Positions 1 to 12,897 of a DNA stretch of 64,000 bases are shown piece by piece (the first letter of the stretch is position 1; each line of letters opens with the position of its first letter). The notes under the pieces are model-generated. The model was given only the letters and a program-made list of their open reading frames with translations. It did not search any database and was not told the DNA's origin. A program made the translations under genes and the position numbers. This DNA is from Phoronis australis (Eukaryota; Animalia; Phoronida). The DNA is taken from contig NMRA01000470.1 in NCBI GenBank assembly GCA_002633005.1, positions 141,966-205,965 on the forward strand, written 5' to 3'.

Positions 1-279
1 TATTAAACACTCATGCAGAAACGAAAAATTTGCTGCGACGCCACTTGCGTGACAAGGCTAAAAATCGTTCACAGTCTGCCATTTGTTTACGGTGTTGTAA
101 AGCTAACCAATGACTGCTGAGGTTACATCAATCAATGCTAAAGCGCGTGCCACTGCGTGATACCTGTGTGCTGGTTAAGCACGCTAGGGAACGTGCACTT
201 AAACATCCAAACATATACTTTGAAAAATCGAGAAAGTTTGTAAAAGGGAAGCTTTGTGGAGCGTATTACTTCACTGGAA

Positions 280-569
280 TTTTAAATTCAATAAAAAACT
301 TTGCGAATGCCGAACTATATTTTTCCAGAGACCTTCTCTGGTAAGCGCTAACGGAGACAACTGTGGCTCTAGTTCTCTTTTTTGCGAAATTGTATATCAC
401 TTGAGAAAAAGTGATGACCTGACGGATAACATCAATTGCTGGGCATTTCCTGATTTTTGAGAATATAGATCTTTTTATATTTAGAGGTCCCGCCCTTGAA
501 GGAGGCCATTGGTGACATTTAAGTTGCCACCCTTTTCCTGTTTTATTGACAAATTCTTCAGGGCCACTC
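280..569 (-). pseudogene. Eroded Ig exon resembling exon 3
   Basis: After aacag the frames read GP / LNVTNGLLQGRD..DLY / PAIDVI..TFSQ, versus exon 3 GP..LSINNGILNGVE..KLY..PSVKM..TFRQ. Stops, frameshifts and lost Cys; low boundary approximate. Confidence 0.5.
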
Positions 570-1040
570 CTGTTTTTTTGTGAAATCGTGCAACCGCATT
601 TCATGTTGAGGAAGGTCCCTTTTTGCAGGGTCACACGACGATGGAATTAACTGTTACTCTTTCCAAGCTTAGCTATGTTTGTTTAGCTGTTCATCTTAAG
701 GTTAATTACATCAGTATTTGACCATTACGATCAAAAAAGGGACAAATGCCGCACTAATAAAAAAGCTTGTTTATGTTGATTTGACGTTTTGTCTATTTAT
801 TAGACATCACCAGGTTAATAAGACATCAACGGCTGATTTCACAAAGGTGGTTTAACAAAATCATGTTTAAGGCTTAACCTAGTCTAATTTTAGACCTAAC
901 TTGCATTTCACCAATTTGGTTTAACAGTCTGAAAGCCTGGTTCTGTTAGACCAGGCAGCAGGTTTAGTAAAACCCAGGTTTAAAGTATCCAAGCCACCCT
1001 ACTGTGTCAATCCAGATTAACCCAACAAAGAAACTATTGA

Positions 1041-3726
1041 CACCCCGGCCAACCCGCGATCGAGAACGCCCGGAAGGCGATCGAGAACGAGACCTTACAC
1101 CAAAAATTGCAGACGAAAGTACCCGGTGAGTTTAAGTGTCATTTTCTTCTTAAATAGAGGCTACTTTGGTACCAATGCAACACACCGAAAAGCGTCAGAG
1201 CTTAGCCTTTGTTGTGAATCTGAAATAATACTTGGTTTTTGCTATTTTTTGAAACAGAGACCGCAAAATGCAATGACTTTCGGTAAAATGACTTGCGTCT
1301 CGTAAATTCGTCTATTTCTACTTGTTATTAGCAATTCCTGGGTTCTTTAGTGGACACGTGTGACGTTTATAGTTAAATCGTCCCTGGTGACGCCTTTGTT
1401 AGTTATAATTTGTGAAGCAATTCGAGCTATCTACCGATACAAGCAGGTCCTTGTGTGAGACGGCGATCGGGAACGAAGCTGTTAATTCTCCATGGCGATC
1501 GTGAACGCAAAAATGCGATCGTGAAAGCACATTTTTTCTGTGTATTTTCCTGAATAATTGTTCAAGTTACGGTGTTATATCAAGAATTTTAGACTAATGT
1601 TATACTTTCACCGTTTTTTTATGATTTCTGTGTGAGATTTAGCCTCACAAATATGATTTAATGCGTTTGATTTTTCAGTTGAACTGTAGCCGCATGAGGA
1701 GTCCTTCAGAGTGTTAACATACACGCCTTCAAAAAAGAGTACCGGTAGCACAACTACTGCATGTGACAAAGGGCTGTGTATGCATATATGTTGTGGAGCT
1801 TCGTTCAGGAAGAAACCTTTTTTGTCCGAAATAGATTGTCTATGATTCAGTGATGATTTAGTTTAATACACTCCAAAAATAATTCGCAGGAAATGTACAC
1901 TGGATGTGTTATGTTGATTTCCCTAAAGCAATGTTTTATATCTTATTTCTGTATGACCAATTTTGAGGTATGTGTGATAAACGATTAATAGTATTATAGA
2001 ATTGCTTTAATATTGTTGTTGATTTCCTGTGTAATCACTACATTGTCTTGAAGTGATGTTAAAGACAACATTTTAACTACGTTTTTGAAAAATCACAATA
2101 TAGTAGGTGTATTATATCTCGCCTCACTCTTTTTCAATGTCACGTTAAACTGGAGATCATGAACCGAAGATGCACTCAGGACCAATACTACAAAACAGAA
2201 GAGTCAAACATATGTTGTATATCCAAGCCACACAAGTGCCACAAGTCAATCTGTTCATCTCTGTATCGATAATATCAGTAAATATCCAACAAAATATTAC
2301 CCGTTTTATCAGCAAAACAGTTAACGCCATTTATGGGATTTTTTTTAATCCCAGACGTTCATGAGCGGTAATCTTGGAATCACCTCACGAATGGTGTTGC
2401 CGCATTCTTCTCGCTCCGCACAGGCACGCTCATCACCATTCGTTAATTTCACAGGCGTATTTGTTTTTTTTTCGTTTTGCTGTCACAATCTTGTAAGAAG
2501 ATTCGGCACTCGCTTTCCAGGGGCGGATCCAGGATTTCGAGTTGGGGGGCAGGGTACAGGAATAGTCAGAATTTTGCCACATGCGCGCCCAGCCTAAAAT
2601 GTAGGGATGCAGGGGCCTCGAATTTTTGGGTTTGTGGACCTTATTACTAAGAAAAGTACACGGGGTTTGTTCAAGGCCTATGAATTGCGCATTAACCCCT
2701 CGAGCCCACTTCGGTGCGTGCAGATGCTAGTCGGCAATTCACACCCCGGACTGCCAAATGATATCTGGGAGAATTTTAGGGGGCATGGTCACCCCCCTCC
2801 TAAATTTGCCACTGCTTTCATCTGCATCAACAATTTGTTTACTCCTGGCTTACACGCTACAAGGAACAATTGCTGGATGAGTCTTAGTTTAGAACCCCTT
2901 GTTCCACTTGGTTTCGTCTAAAAGTATATGTCTGTATTTCAAAACCCTGGTAGGGTGTACTTTCACGCCCTGATTAATCTGTTCGTTGAAGCTCGACTCA
3001 CAATAATAACAATGAACGTGTTTCCTGAAATGAAAATAAATTCATTTGTGAAAATATCTATAATTAAAATAGGGCTTGATGAACATGTAGTCGCTCATTT
3101 TAATTTAATGGTAATGCTATGATATTGTTTAGTTTGGAAACGAAAGTAACAGTAATGACTCAAAATGTGATTAATTCATTGCACCACACTTATTTTGTAA
3201 CCTTTTCACGTTTTATATGTAAAAATTTCATAACTGTTCGGCACACCACGATGCGTTCTCGATCGCATAAACAAACAAAAATCTGCTTTTCCGATCGCTT
3301 ATCTTTGCGTTCTCGATCGCATCTTTCAACAGAAAAGTGTCGAAAAATCAGAGATCCTGACAAATCTACGAAAAAAGCGTTGTGTTATATTTTCACAAGT
3401 CACTTCTTCATAACTTCATGGTCAATTTATTGATTTAGTGTCAAAAATAACCGCAATTTGCCAAAATGATATACGAATCACCTTTGACTCAAGCGATGCC
3501 TCGTTCAACGTAACTTATCTCCAATAACTGGAACAGACACCAGCCCAAACCTCTACCTGCCCTTCCTCAATGTGTTACGCCTTGAACTCATGTCTCTGTT
3601 TTCACATTGGAAGTAAAAGCAACGTAAATTTATCAAATTCAATCACCTTGCCTGGCTTCGCTGCTCGCAACAGGTTTCTTTCTCGATCGCTTTCCGGTCG
3701 TTCTCGATCGCGGGTTGGCCGCGGTG
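1041..3726. mobile_element. Non-autonomous TIR element with CAC...GTG ends, nested in the Harbinger element
   Basis: About 55-bp TIR cacc(c/g)cggccaacccgcgatcgagaacg; TATTGA at 1035-1040 and 3727-3732; subterminal GCGATCGWGAACG repeats. Confidence 0.88.
2518..2814. mobile_element. Short CAGGGGCGGATC-type MITE (hAT-like); related pieces at about 4068-4540, 19484, 30957, 48478-48628 and 57640
   Basis: caggggcggatccagg...aaatttgccactg; the 48478-48628 copy shares ccccc..aaaattctcccagat in reverse orientation. Confidence 0.6.
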
Positions 3727-5162
3727 TATTGAAGTGCTTCAATGAAACCTTGATCACGTGGGTACGTAATGGCACTCAGCTGTGCAGACATTTGCAGAAA
3801 AAGGTCTTAAAGCTTTTCTCAGGGGAAAAATGTTCCCTCTCTTGACTGATCAGAGAAAAAGCCAATGTTATAGAGAATAAGAAAACTGGTGCCAAATCAA
3901 GTCAACATAAGCAGCAGACTTGGAGAGATACTGGTTCTGACTGGCTGCACAGTTGCCACAATCGGAGAAATGCATGGACAAACAGTTAAAGGGTGTCACT
4001 AAAAAAATAAAGGCCAGAAAGAAAATTTCATCAGTGAAAAAATTGCAAAGATAAACGGTGAGGGACCCAGTGGCAGATCTAGGGGACATTTTTCATTTTG
4101 TTATGTCTGTGTCCAACACACACGAAAGTACTTGCTCACGATTAGCCGCAACATATCAAATTTTATTTCGTGTCATTTTACTGTTTATTGCAGTCAAAGG
4201 GGGGGGGTGAGCAGGACCCCTGCCCGACAACCTTAATTCGGGGACCAGTTGAGGTGGAACTCGGTCAGAAGAATCAGAAGATGCCGTCTGCATTCAAACC
4301 CGTAGCGCTTACGGCGATGATGCTCTACTCGACCAGTCGTATTCTGAGGAATCCGGAGGATACCCTGCAACACGCACTGGTCTACGTAGAGGCGGACCCA
4401 GGGAGGGCAAGGAGTCTGGACCCCTTTTTTCCCTTGATTTTAGTGATATCAAATCCATAATTTTCAATTTGTTGACCCAGATTCCCCTCTTTTAAAAATC
4501 CTTGATCCGACCCCTCTTTAAGAAATCCTGGATCCGTCTCACGTTTGATCTTGTGTAATCGTAACACTGAATATTGAAAATAGTCCGCTCTCGTAAATGC
4601 ACACCACGGCATGATTCAGTTGAACCTATATCTTGCAAGTCTGTCATACTTAACAGTATTGAACTTGAGCTTGACCAAGTCTACTGAAGTTAAACTTGGT
4701 TTAAGATGTTATACAGGTCTAAGGAATGTAGGCCTGTATTGGTGAAATGCAAACTGACTTAGACCAGGTCTAGGCTGGAGTTAAACCAGGTTTTACTAGA
4801 CCACTTGTCTAAAAGTTAAACCAACTTTATGAAATGCAGATTATCTTTAAACCTGGTCTAAGTCCAGTTTTAACCAGGTTTAACTTTAAACCACCTTTAT
4901 TATTTTATGAAATTGGCTTCAAGTGTCAACATACCAGTCAGGTTACTTCCATGTAGTGAAATGAGTGTAGCAAGAAATACAGGGAATAGTAAATTGGTCA
5001 TCAAACAGAAAATGGCTGTGTTTAACTGCGACCGTGAGTAACTTACGTAATTGAGCAGTTTCTTTTCCACCGATTCTTCAATCAACTGTTCTTCTGTTCC
5101 ACGAGGAATGAAAACAAATTATCGGAACCGATTCCATTTCGTTACAAGTTTTCAGTATTTCA

Positions 5163-6221
5163 GTACCAACAAACCGAATTTCAGAACAACTTTTGTTGCT
5201 GTGAAGATGTTGAGAGATGTTCCAAAATTTTAGGTAATGGTGCGCGTCACGAGAGCACTGTTTCGTAAACGACGAAACACTGTTTTTATATTATTTTAGA
5301 AATATCCATTAGTTTCCTATGTGTGTGGTGTAACCTATAGGTAGCAGATTTGTGTAGGTGTAAGGTCGAAACAAGCGATGAGTATATGCCTTCAATACAC
5401 TGTACTTACGTTGCTGAAAGTAGTCGCAAGGTATCATCTCACTACACGACTTAAAGTTTCTTTCTGGTCCTGGGCAGTACTTTCCTCCATTCGAGGACGG
5501 CCGCGGATTAGAGCAAGTACGATATCGTAGATGAGAGGCTAGTCCACACGAACTGCTACAGTGTCCCCATTCCTGCCATGGAGACCACCTGCCATGAACT
5601 GATAACGGGAGTGTTTGTTAGTGGAAACACAATATCACATGTAAGTCACATCGCACTTCACACCCACAGCGTCACGTATGTGCAATATAAANGTACCAAC
5701 AAACCGAATTTCAGAACAACTTTTGTTGCTGTGAAGATGTTGAGAGATGTTCCAAAATTTTAGGGAATGGTGCGCGTCACGAGCGCACTGTTTCGTAAAC
5801 GACGAAACACTGTTTTTATATTATTTTAGAAATATCCATTAGTTTCCTATGTGTGTGGTGTAACCTATAGGTAGCAGATTTGTGTAGGTGTAAGGTCGAA
5901 ACAAGCGATGAGTATATGCCTTCAATACACTGTACTTACGTTGCTGAAAGTAGTCGCAAGGTATCATCTCACTACACGACTTAAAGTTTCTTTCTGGTCC
6001 TGGGCAGTACTTTCCTCCATTCGAGGACGGCCGCGGATTAGAGCAAGTACGATATCGTAGATGAGAGGCTAGTCCACATGAACTGCTACAGTGTCCCCAT
6101 TCCTGCCATGGAGACCACCTGCCATGAACTGATAACGGGAGTGTTTGTTAGTGGAAACACAATATCACATGTAAGTCACATCGCACTTCACACCCACAGC
6201 GTCACGTATGTGCAATATAAA
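5163..6221. repeat. 529-bp direct duplication split by a single N (5692); probable assembly or haplotype artefact
   Basis: 5163-5691 and 5693-6221 differ by about 3 substitutions. Confidence 0.85.
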
Positions 6222-6671
6222 AGCATAGTAGACATTTATAAACCCAGGAGTGATATTTTTACAACCACATCCTGATCTTCTCAAATAGTTTAGATTCTAA
6301 TTGTACTTATGGTAAATAAATCTCCACGATTATCTTCGAAACCGAATTTCCAACATCGCCTAGCTTAGTTTTGTGACTTAGCAACAGGTAACAAAAGCGG
6401 GTGCTCATTTATGACGAAAGCCTACTTGAGTCAAGCTGTATTAAGAATTCTGTCTTGGACGAAATGGCGGGTTATTGACATTTTAGAAGCTGTCTATGAC
6501 TTTCATTTCTCATTATGAGTATTTTGGGAACGATGATATTTACAAGTGCGATCCCATTTTAAGATTCTTAAACTAAAATCTGCAAACCGGTCACGAAGTA
6601 GACTGCAAAGAGAAAAGGTTTTGTCTAAGAGTAGTCATACGTTGGGTCAAAACAATTACAAGTACAATTAC

Positions 6672-6947
6672 CTTTACGCACATCGATGTCAACAATATAT
6701 GTACGTCATTAAATGATAATTTTACGGATCTTGGAGTTCAATCATTAATTAACTCTCATTAAGGTATAATCATTAAATTTAAAATACTCGTGGTATTTGT
6801 CACGTTCGGAGTTCTTCATTTCCATGTTATAGTTGGCGGAATCTACTCATCAAAAGGTTTTCGCTCGCATTGTCTGATTCGTATTTTCTTCAGACAGTGC
6901 CTCATAATTCAGCTGTGTTAGCGACGTAACAGACAACACCGGTGCAA
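6672..6947 (-). pseudogene. Eroded Ig exon
   Basis: Frames give APVLSV.., PPTITWK, TSILNL and TYIVDIDVRK followed by a phase-1 G|GTAATT donor; multiple stops. Confidence 0.45.
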
Positions 6948-7307
6948 TTATTTAAAATTTCTAAACGGTTACTCAATGGGTTGTTTATGATACATTTTCA
7001 CTTATAAGCTCATTTTTAATTATCTATATTAACCACGCTCGCAAACAACTAATAGTGCACAAGTATCACTTTAAAAATCCACTCGGCTGTCGAACGTGCA
7101 TCCATAATTTTTCTCATTATTTAATATCCAAAATACAAAAAGGGACGATAATGGTAATTAAACAGTCAGCATTAGAACTTTCAAAAAACATTTAGATAGT
7201 TTCCCAAGGTTTCTGTGTCACTTCGTAGGATGCAGTACTCGGAACGTCAACTTCGTCATGTTCTCAATGTACATGTAAGAGGTGCGGCGTCCACATTTAC
7301 TAGCGGC

Positions 7308-7565
7308 TCACACGCGCACCCAGGGGGCTCGGGGGGCTCGAACGAGCCCCCCCCCCTCCCATTTGGCGAAGTGGGCAAAAAGGTAAGCATCTGAGAAACA
7401 AAAAGTCCGAGAGAATGAGACAAAAGTCCACTAAACAAGCACAAAAGCGCAATTCACAGTGGTGCCCCCTTTCTTTTTTTTTTAGTCCGCCCGCTTTATT
7501 GTTATCAAAAGGTCGACAACGTCAGGAATTCGAGCCCCCTATGTTAGAGGCTGGGTGCGCACGTG
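7308..7565. mobile_element. MITE
   Basis: cacacgcgcacccag ... ctgggtgcgcacgtg inverted ends with ggggctcg / cgagcccc subterminal motifs. Confidence 0.6.
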
Positions 7566-8655
7566 CTGCTCCTGCCAAGTTAACCCATTGTGCTGTGAAT
7601 TTTGCAATGGAGCAACCTGACTGTCTAACATTACAAGCGAAACAAAAATACACTGCACACTAAGTCGGTCTACAGAAGAGGCACGCGTGTTAACTGAGCG
7701 GGATGTTCATACATTTGATGGACACCGATATCCTTCAGTCTTATATATTTTAATAAAGTGATTAGAATTAATGGACCAGCACACTAGCCTAAAGTACGCC
7801 GAAAGTTGCACCCAGGGTCACAGCAAAAGTGTCGGCATACATTTGGTAAGTGCAATGCTTTTCATTGCGAAAATTGTTGTCAACATACATGCGTCACCAA
7901 TTTCAAAAGGCACGTTTTGCATGTACGCGATATAGTAGGCAATTTCTCGGACAAAACATTCAATACGTGAGCGAAATTTTCTCCCAAATTAGTGCACAGA
8001 AATTATCCCATTATTCTTTTGGTGGAGAAGGCATGTGTGCGAATGTGGGGTGAAGTTTTCGCTAATAATTGACGTTTCGCCAAGTGTGTACCAACTTTTA
8101 GTCCTGCAGCTGAGCCTGCATTTCACCATGTTGAACTGGCTAAAACACTGAAACTGGACTCGTAGTATTTCTTACCGGGAAAGCATTCTATTTTCGCTAG
8201 GGTCAAGAACATCGAAAATATGAGAAGGCGCTTCACAATTTATTGGGTTTGCGAAATCTATAATTACGAATTAAAAAATGGCAAATGTACTTATTGCCTG
8301 TGAGAATCCAAGATCCGATGAACATGGTATTGTTTTGAAGACCAAATGCGCCAGAATACTCTTATGAAAGCTCAAGAGCAGCAAAATGCAACTTCAAACG
8401 TTACTTTTGCGATGTCTGGAAACCAAGAATAACTAATGTTTTATTTAAAAATTTAACATCGTGCACTCAAATTGTTCTACAAAAAGGTGTTTTATTTGAA
8501 GCAAAAAAGCTATGGGATGAAAAGTAGACAATCTGGAGTGTGAAAGTATCAGTTTGTCTCGATTTTTGGCATGTTTTAATCACATTGATAGTGAAATTTG
8601 GTTTTGTCTTCAACTTCTCTCTTGTCACATTTCAACCATATTAACTTAGTCTTAC

Positions 8656-8979
8656 CAACAACTTTGAGTTTGGCAGCTATCGCAGTCGACATGAAAGGGT
8701 GACGAGTGTTCCTTGCGGCGCAGACAAACACTTCATCTTCGTGTTGGAGGACCCTAACGAATGACAAATGAAGTGCAATTGTCGTGACGCCATTAGCTTC
8801 GCTTGTGATCACATCAGAAGACGCATTGATCAGGTTGGACGAGAAGTTGGCAGTTGCCATGGGATTGACTGTTGCTACGCAGCGGATGACTGCGGTGGAG
8901 CCATTGTTAACGACCACTGTGTTACCTACGATTTCGGTTAGCGTGTCAGCTCCTTCCAGTTTCATGTCAAAGGGGCCAG
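8656..8979 (-). CDS. Ig exon 16 (324 nt): GPFDMKLE..IRCVATVNPMA..HEDEVFVCAARN..LKVV
   Basis: tcgcag|CTGGCCCC acceptor; GTT G|GTAAGA donor. Confidence 0.9.
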
Positions 8980-9109
8980 CTGCGAATAGTAACGTGCCTG
9001 AAAGTTCCTCTGTGTGCGATCTTTTACGCGGAATAAAATGTCTCGTGAGATATTACTTCATCTACGTCACTCTCGGTAGGTATACACAAAACGTACCGAG
9101 CACAGACAT

Positions 9110-10200
9110 CACATAGAGTATTAAGATGTCTATGGTATCGAGCGTGGCGTACATGAAATAATATCCCACGAGACATTATTTCGCGCATCGACCTTGACCT
9201 TCGGAATAATGTCGAGTGGGATATTATTTCATGTACGCCACTCAGGTACGTTTTGTATTTATCCCATACGCATCGAATTTGTGAGTTTCTTTTGTTTTCT
9301 TTCGGCATTTTATAAATACTTCACCCTGTCTGTTTACGTGGCTAATCACAACCTGTTGTATATGTACGTGCGCTTATGTTGCTAACTTGCTGTAGTAAAA
9401 GGAAGCAGTTTTAAATGTAACGGTTTATTAAATTGATAAAAAGTGTGAAAACTACAGTTATTGTGCATTGAACTTGTATCATATTTCCAAAATAAATAAA
9501 TAACAAGAAAATTTATAACACTGTAAAATCCTCAGCGGGTAGCTGCACTCATTCATGAAACTAGGTCATTGACCAGAGCGCGTAGCCTGAACGTCATCTG
9601 TTTTCACGAAGATATTAAAAGTGCTACCGTTGATGACAGCTCCGGTGAGTATGCTTGTTGTAGAGTTGTTGCAGGTACGTTGTCGCATTTCTACGGATTC
9701 TGTAGCCTTGGTAAAAGGCTGTATACTAAATATACGACAGTCTGTTGATACAGCTAGCTAGCTGGCTACTGATTCTGTAGCATGGATAGGTTCACGTGTT
9801 GCTGCTCGTGTAGTACTGTCGCCGATAGTATCGGGTGCTGTTATGGCCAGTGACAACAATGTTTGATATTGGCGAGGAATCGGACCTGAGTTGCAGACGA
9901 TATATCATAGCAATTGAAAACTGAGACAGAACTGTCGTATAATTAACAGTACTGTTCCAGATGTTACAATTGAAACCTGGTTGCATGTTGATTGGTATAC
10001 TTTTACACTGCTACAATTGTATTACTTTAAGTTATTTTCCGAAAATTTGATGATCTAACCGGCTTACGACGTCGAGTCGACATTGACCTAGCTTTTGAAC
10101 CTTCAATGTCAGAGGTCACTGTTGAAGTAGTGCGGGAGGTGAATACGGAAAACATTATTACATGGCCGCATTTCCCTCGACAGATTCAACGCGTATGGGA
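9110..10200 (-). mobile_element. Decayed Crypton-like (tyrosine recombinase) element with terminal hairpin
   Basis: Minus-strand fragments SPISNIVVTGHNS (YR box II-like) and ILTGAVINGSTFNIF (C-terminal tail); 36-bp-arm hairpin at 9145-9240; boundaries approximate. Confidence 0.55.
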
Positions 10201-10735
10201 TAAACTTGTTATTCCTTGACACACACCAAATCACGTTATGTCCAAAAATATTCTTGTACATTTGTAGTCACGTGTTTTTTTTTCTAAAAATTGTTTTTCA
10301 GATATTGTTGTAACTCCCACGATCGTGAGAGTTTGCTCAAAACTTCTTGTTTGTTCTTTCTATCAATAATTAATCGTTTCTGAGATGTTCTTTTTAGACC
10401 TGTTATCCCGGGATACTTAATACACAATGCCGAATTAGGACAGTACAAACTTGAAAGTTACTTTGAAGTGTGCCAATCGTTCAATTTTCGAGTCGACTTT
10501 GAGTGGAAAATTGGACGCCGGGCACATGTTTCTGGCTCATTTCTGTTATTTGGATTCTTGTAAACATGTATGCTTATGAGTACTAACTTTGAAATTAGCG
10601 CTTATGTAAACAACGACATGTTGATCGACGTTTCCGTTTATTCACTATAAACCAATCTCAAGACAAAAGTTCAGGTGGCACAGGTTGAGAATAGATGATC
10701 CCTGGGGAAGGGCTTTTTGTCTAACAATCTAATAA

Positions 10736-11975
10736 CTAGAAAGATTATTGTCACGGCGTGACAATAACGGACTCTGCGCGTGCATATTACTGGAATTATG
10801 GGAAGTTACTGACAGCAACCCGTTTACCAATATGAAAAGGAATTCTTTAAAATTGTAGGAGAAATTACATATTAATTTTTTGATGACCTTCCCACTAATT
10901 GACCTCTTCCGGTGCATTATGAGCCCCAATGAGGAAGTAATTGTTAACTCCATTAAAAGTGTGGTTAATGCTAATAATCACAGATGTTTTACTTTAAGCA
11001 CTTCAGAATACAAGATGAATGAAGTGGTCAAACTTTCAGAAGAAAAATGTACCTAATGACCCCATGGGTGCACCAAATGACCTGAAAATTTAGAATTCAA
11101 ACTCAATCGCACTTAGTAAACAGATACGTAATTCTGAAGTCTCTAGCTCAAAATTTTAGTTTGTACTCAATGACCTTTGACCTATTTTTTCTGATTGGTT
11201 AGGCCTATTGCAAAGTAAAGTAGGGTATTCAATTGGCATGTTGACTTACACCAGTGTGCTGAAATTTAAAGAATTCCTTGAAAAACGTAAGAGATATAAC
11301 ATTTTGAAAGTTACATGACCTTTGCACTAATTGACCTTATCCGGTGCATTTTAAGCATCTTGAGGAGAATTATTGCAAAGCCTATGGAAAATGTGTTTAA
11401 CGCTGAGAATCACAGTTGTCTAACGGTTGACACATCAGAATATTTGCTGATTGAAAAGGTCAAATTTTCAGAAGAAAAATGCACCTAATGACCCCATGTT
11501 TGCACTAAATGACCTGAAACTTTAGATTCCGATTTAATTTACCTGTGGCAATCAGACCTGTCAATTTGAAGTGTCTAGCTCAAAATTTTAGTTTGCACCT
11601 AATGACCTTTGACCTATTTCACCTGATTGGATGACCCGATGACTTAGAAAAGTTATTTTTAAATTGTCATGTTGACTTATACCTGTGCACCGAATTTGAA
11701 AAAGATAGCTTTAGGAGGAGTAGCATTTTGAAAATTATATGACCTTTGCACCAGATGACCTCTTCCGGTGCAATATGGAATATGATTATGTAACCAATCA
11801 AAATTTATATACCGTCAAATGTTATATTCTGAATTTAAAGACTGTACCTGCACCCAATTTGGAGTTATTAAGCCTCAAAGTTGGTCGGAAGAAGAATAAG
11901 AAGAATAAGAATAAGAATAAAATTGAAGAAAACCCAGGAACAACAGTACTCTGCGCTTACACGCGCAGAGTAATT
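10736..11975 (-). mobile_element. Helentron-associated non-autonomous element (HINE/DINE-1-like)
   Basis: CTAG end next to hairpin ttattgtcacg-g-cgtgacaataa; subTIR actctgcgc at about 10771 and palindromic at 11948-11971; (AAGAAT)n microsatellite; internal ~440-bp tandem duplication rich in TGACCTT. Confidence 0.78.
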
Positions 11976-12897
11976 AAACGTGTGACTATAGTCGATTCCG
12001 ATGTGAATGGGGAGTGTGCACGGTATTAAAATGTAACGGTTGTGTATTTACTGCAGGGGTAATATTTGTAACATGCATTGCATTATTTTTCTGTAAGCTA
12101 TGGCTGTGAATATAATAAACGTATTAAAAAGAAACTTAGTGTGTTCTGTGTTGATGGAGATTATAACCTTATGGAGAATAGCTACTACATTCTGTCGTGC
12201 TCATTGTTCAGTGTGTTCAGTGCCTCCTCCACGCCGGTTGACATTGAATGACTATGTGGAAAATTATTCTATTTTATAATGAAAGTGATGATAGTGAATT
12301 CGAAGAAGAAGTATTGGAAATGTTAATTTATCCATATTTTAATTTTGATATCAAATCGTTATCAAGTTCCAATGGTTAAGACTATTGTTCTTTTGGTTTG
12401 AGCTCAGTGTGTGTTTTTCGGCCAACGGGAGACGCTGCTGAAATATTATTTTCCTTTTTAACATTTTTTGTATTCTTTTGACACTTTTTCTAACTAGTTT
12501 CATAATATTCATCACTTTTCTCGTTTATTAACTTCAAATGAACAAATCCAAATCAAATTAAATTAGCATTCAGTATTTTTTCCGTGTTGTAAGTTATAAA
12601 ACAATGATTTTCTGTGCCAAATTTTGCAAAATGTAATAAAATAGGTATATTTTCTCGAAAAGTTGCAAGCTAAACCGCGGGAATTTATTAAAGTCTTGAA
12701 GTATATCACCTAATGACACTGAAACAAGCAAAATTATATTGACTTCAAAAGTAGCTACTCTATGTCAGGGGTTCCCAGAATTGAATAGACAGTGATCTTA
12801 ATTAGTGACACAACCACCTGCGCACGTCCACAAAGTGCAACTTGTCAAGGACAAGCTGCGTGTCGATAAACACAGTGCTGTTGAAGGCTAAATTTTT

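Larger units (their letters stand above)
830..4919 (+). mobile_element. Decayed PIF/Harbinger-type DNA transposon with Myb/SANT accessory gene remnant (about 3810-4035)
   Basis: TIR ggctgatttcacaaaggtggtttaa / ttaaaccacc..tgaaattggct; possible CAA TSD; remnant LIREKANVIENKKTGAKSSQHKQQTW..KQLK matches Myb_DNA-bind_5. Confidence 0.7.

Noticed and set aside
5163-6221. Recent tandem duplication
   Set aside because: The copies meet at a single N and differ by about 3 SNPs, typical of an unmerged contig overlap
9610-9680. Plus-strand DDSSGEYACCRV resembling an Ig F strand
   Set aside because: No upstream Ig frame; the minus strand is better explained as a Crypton-like C-terminal tail
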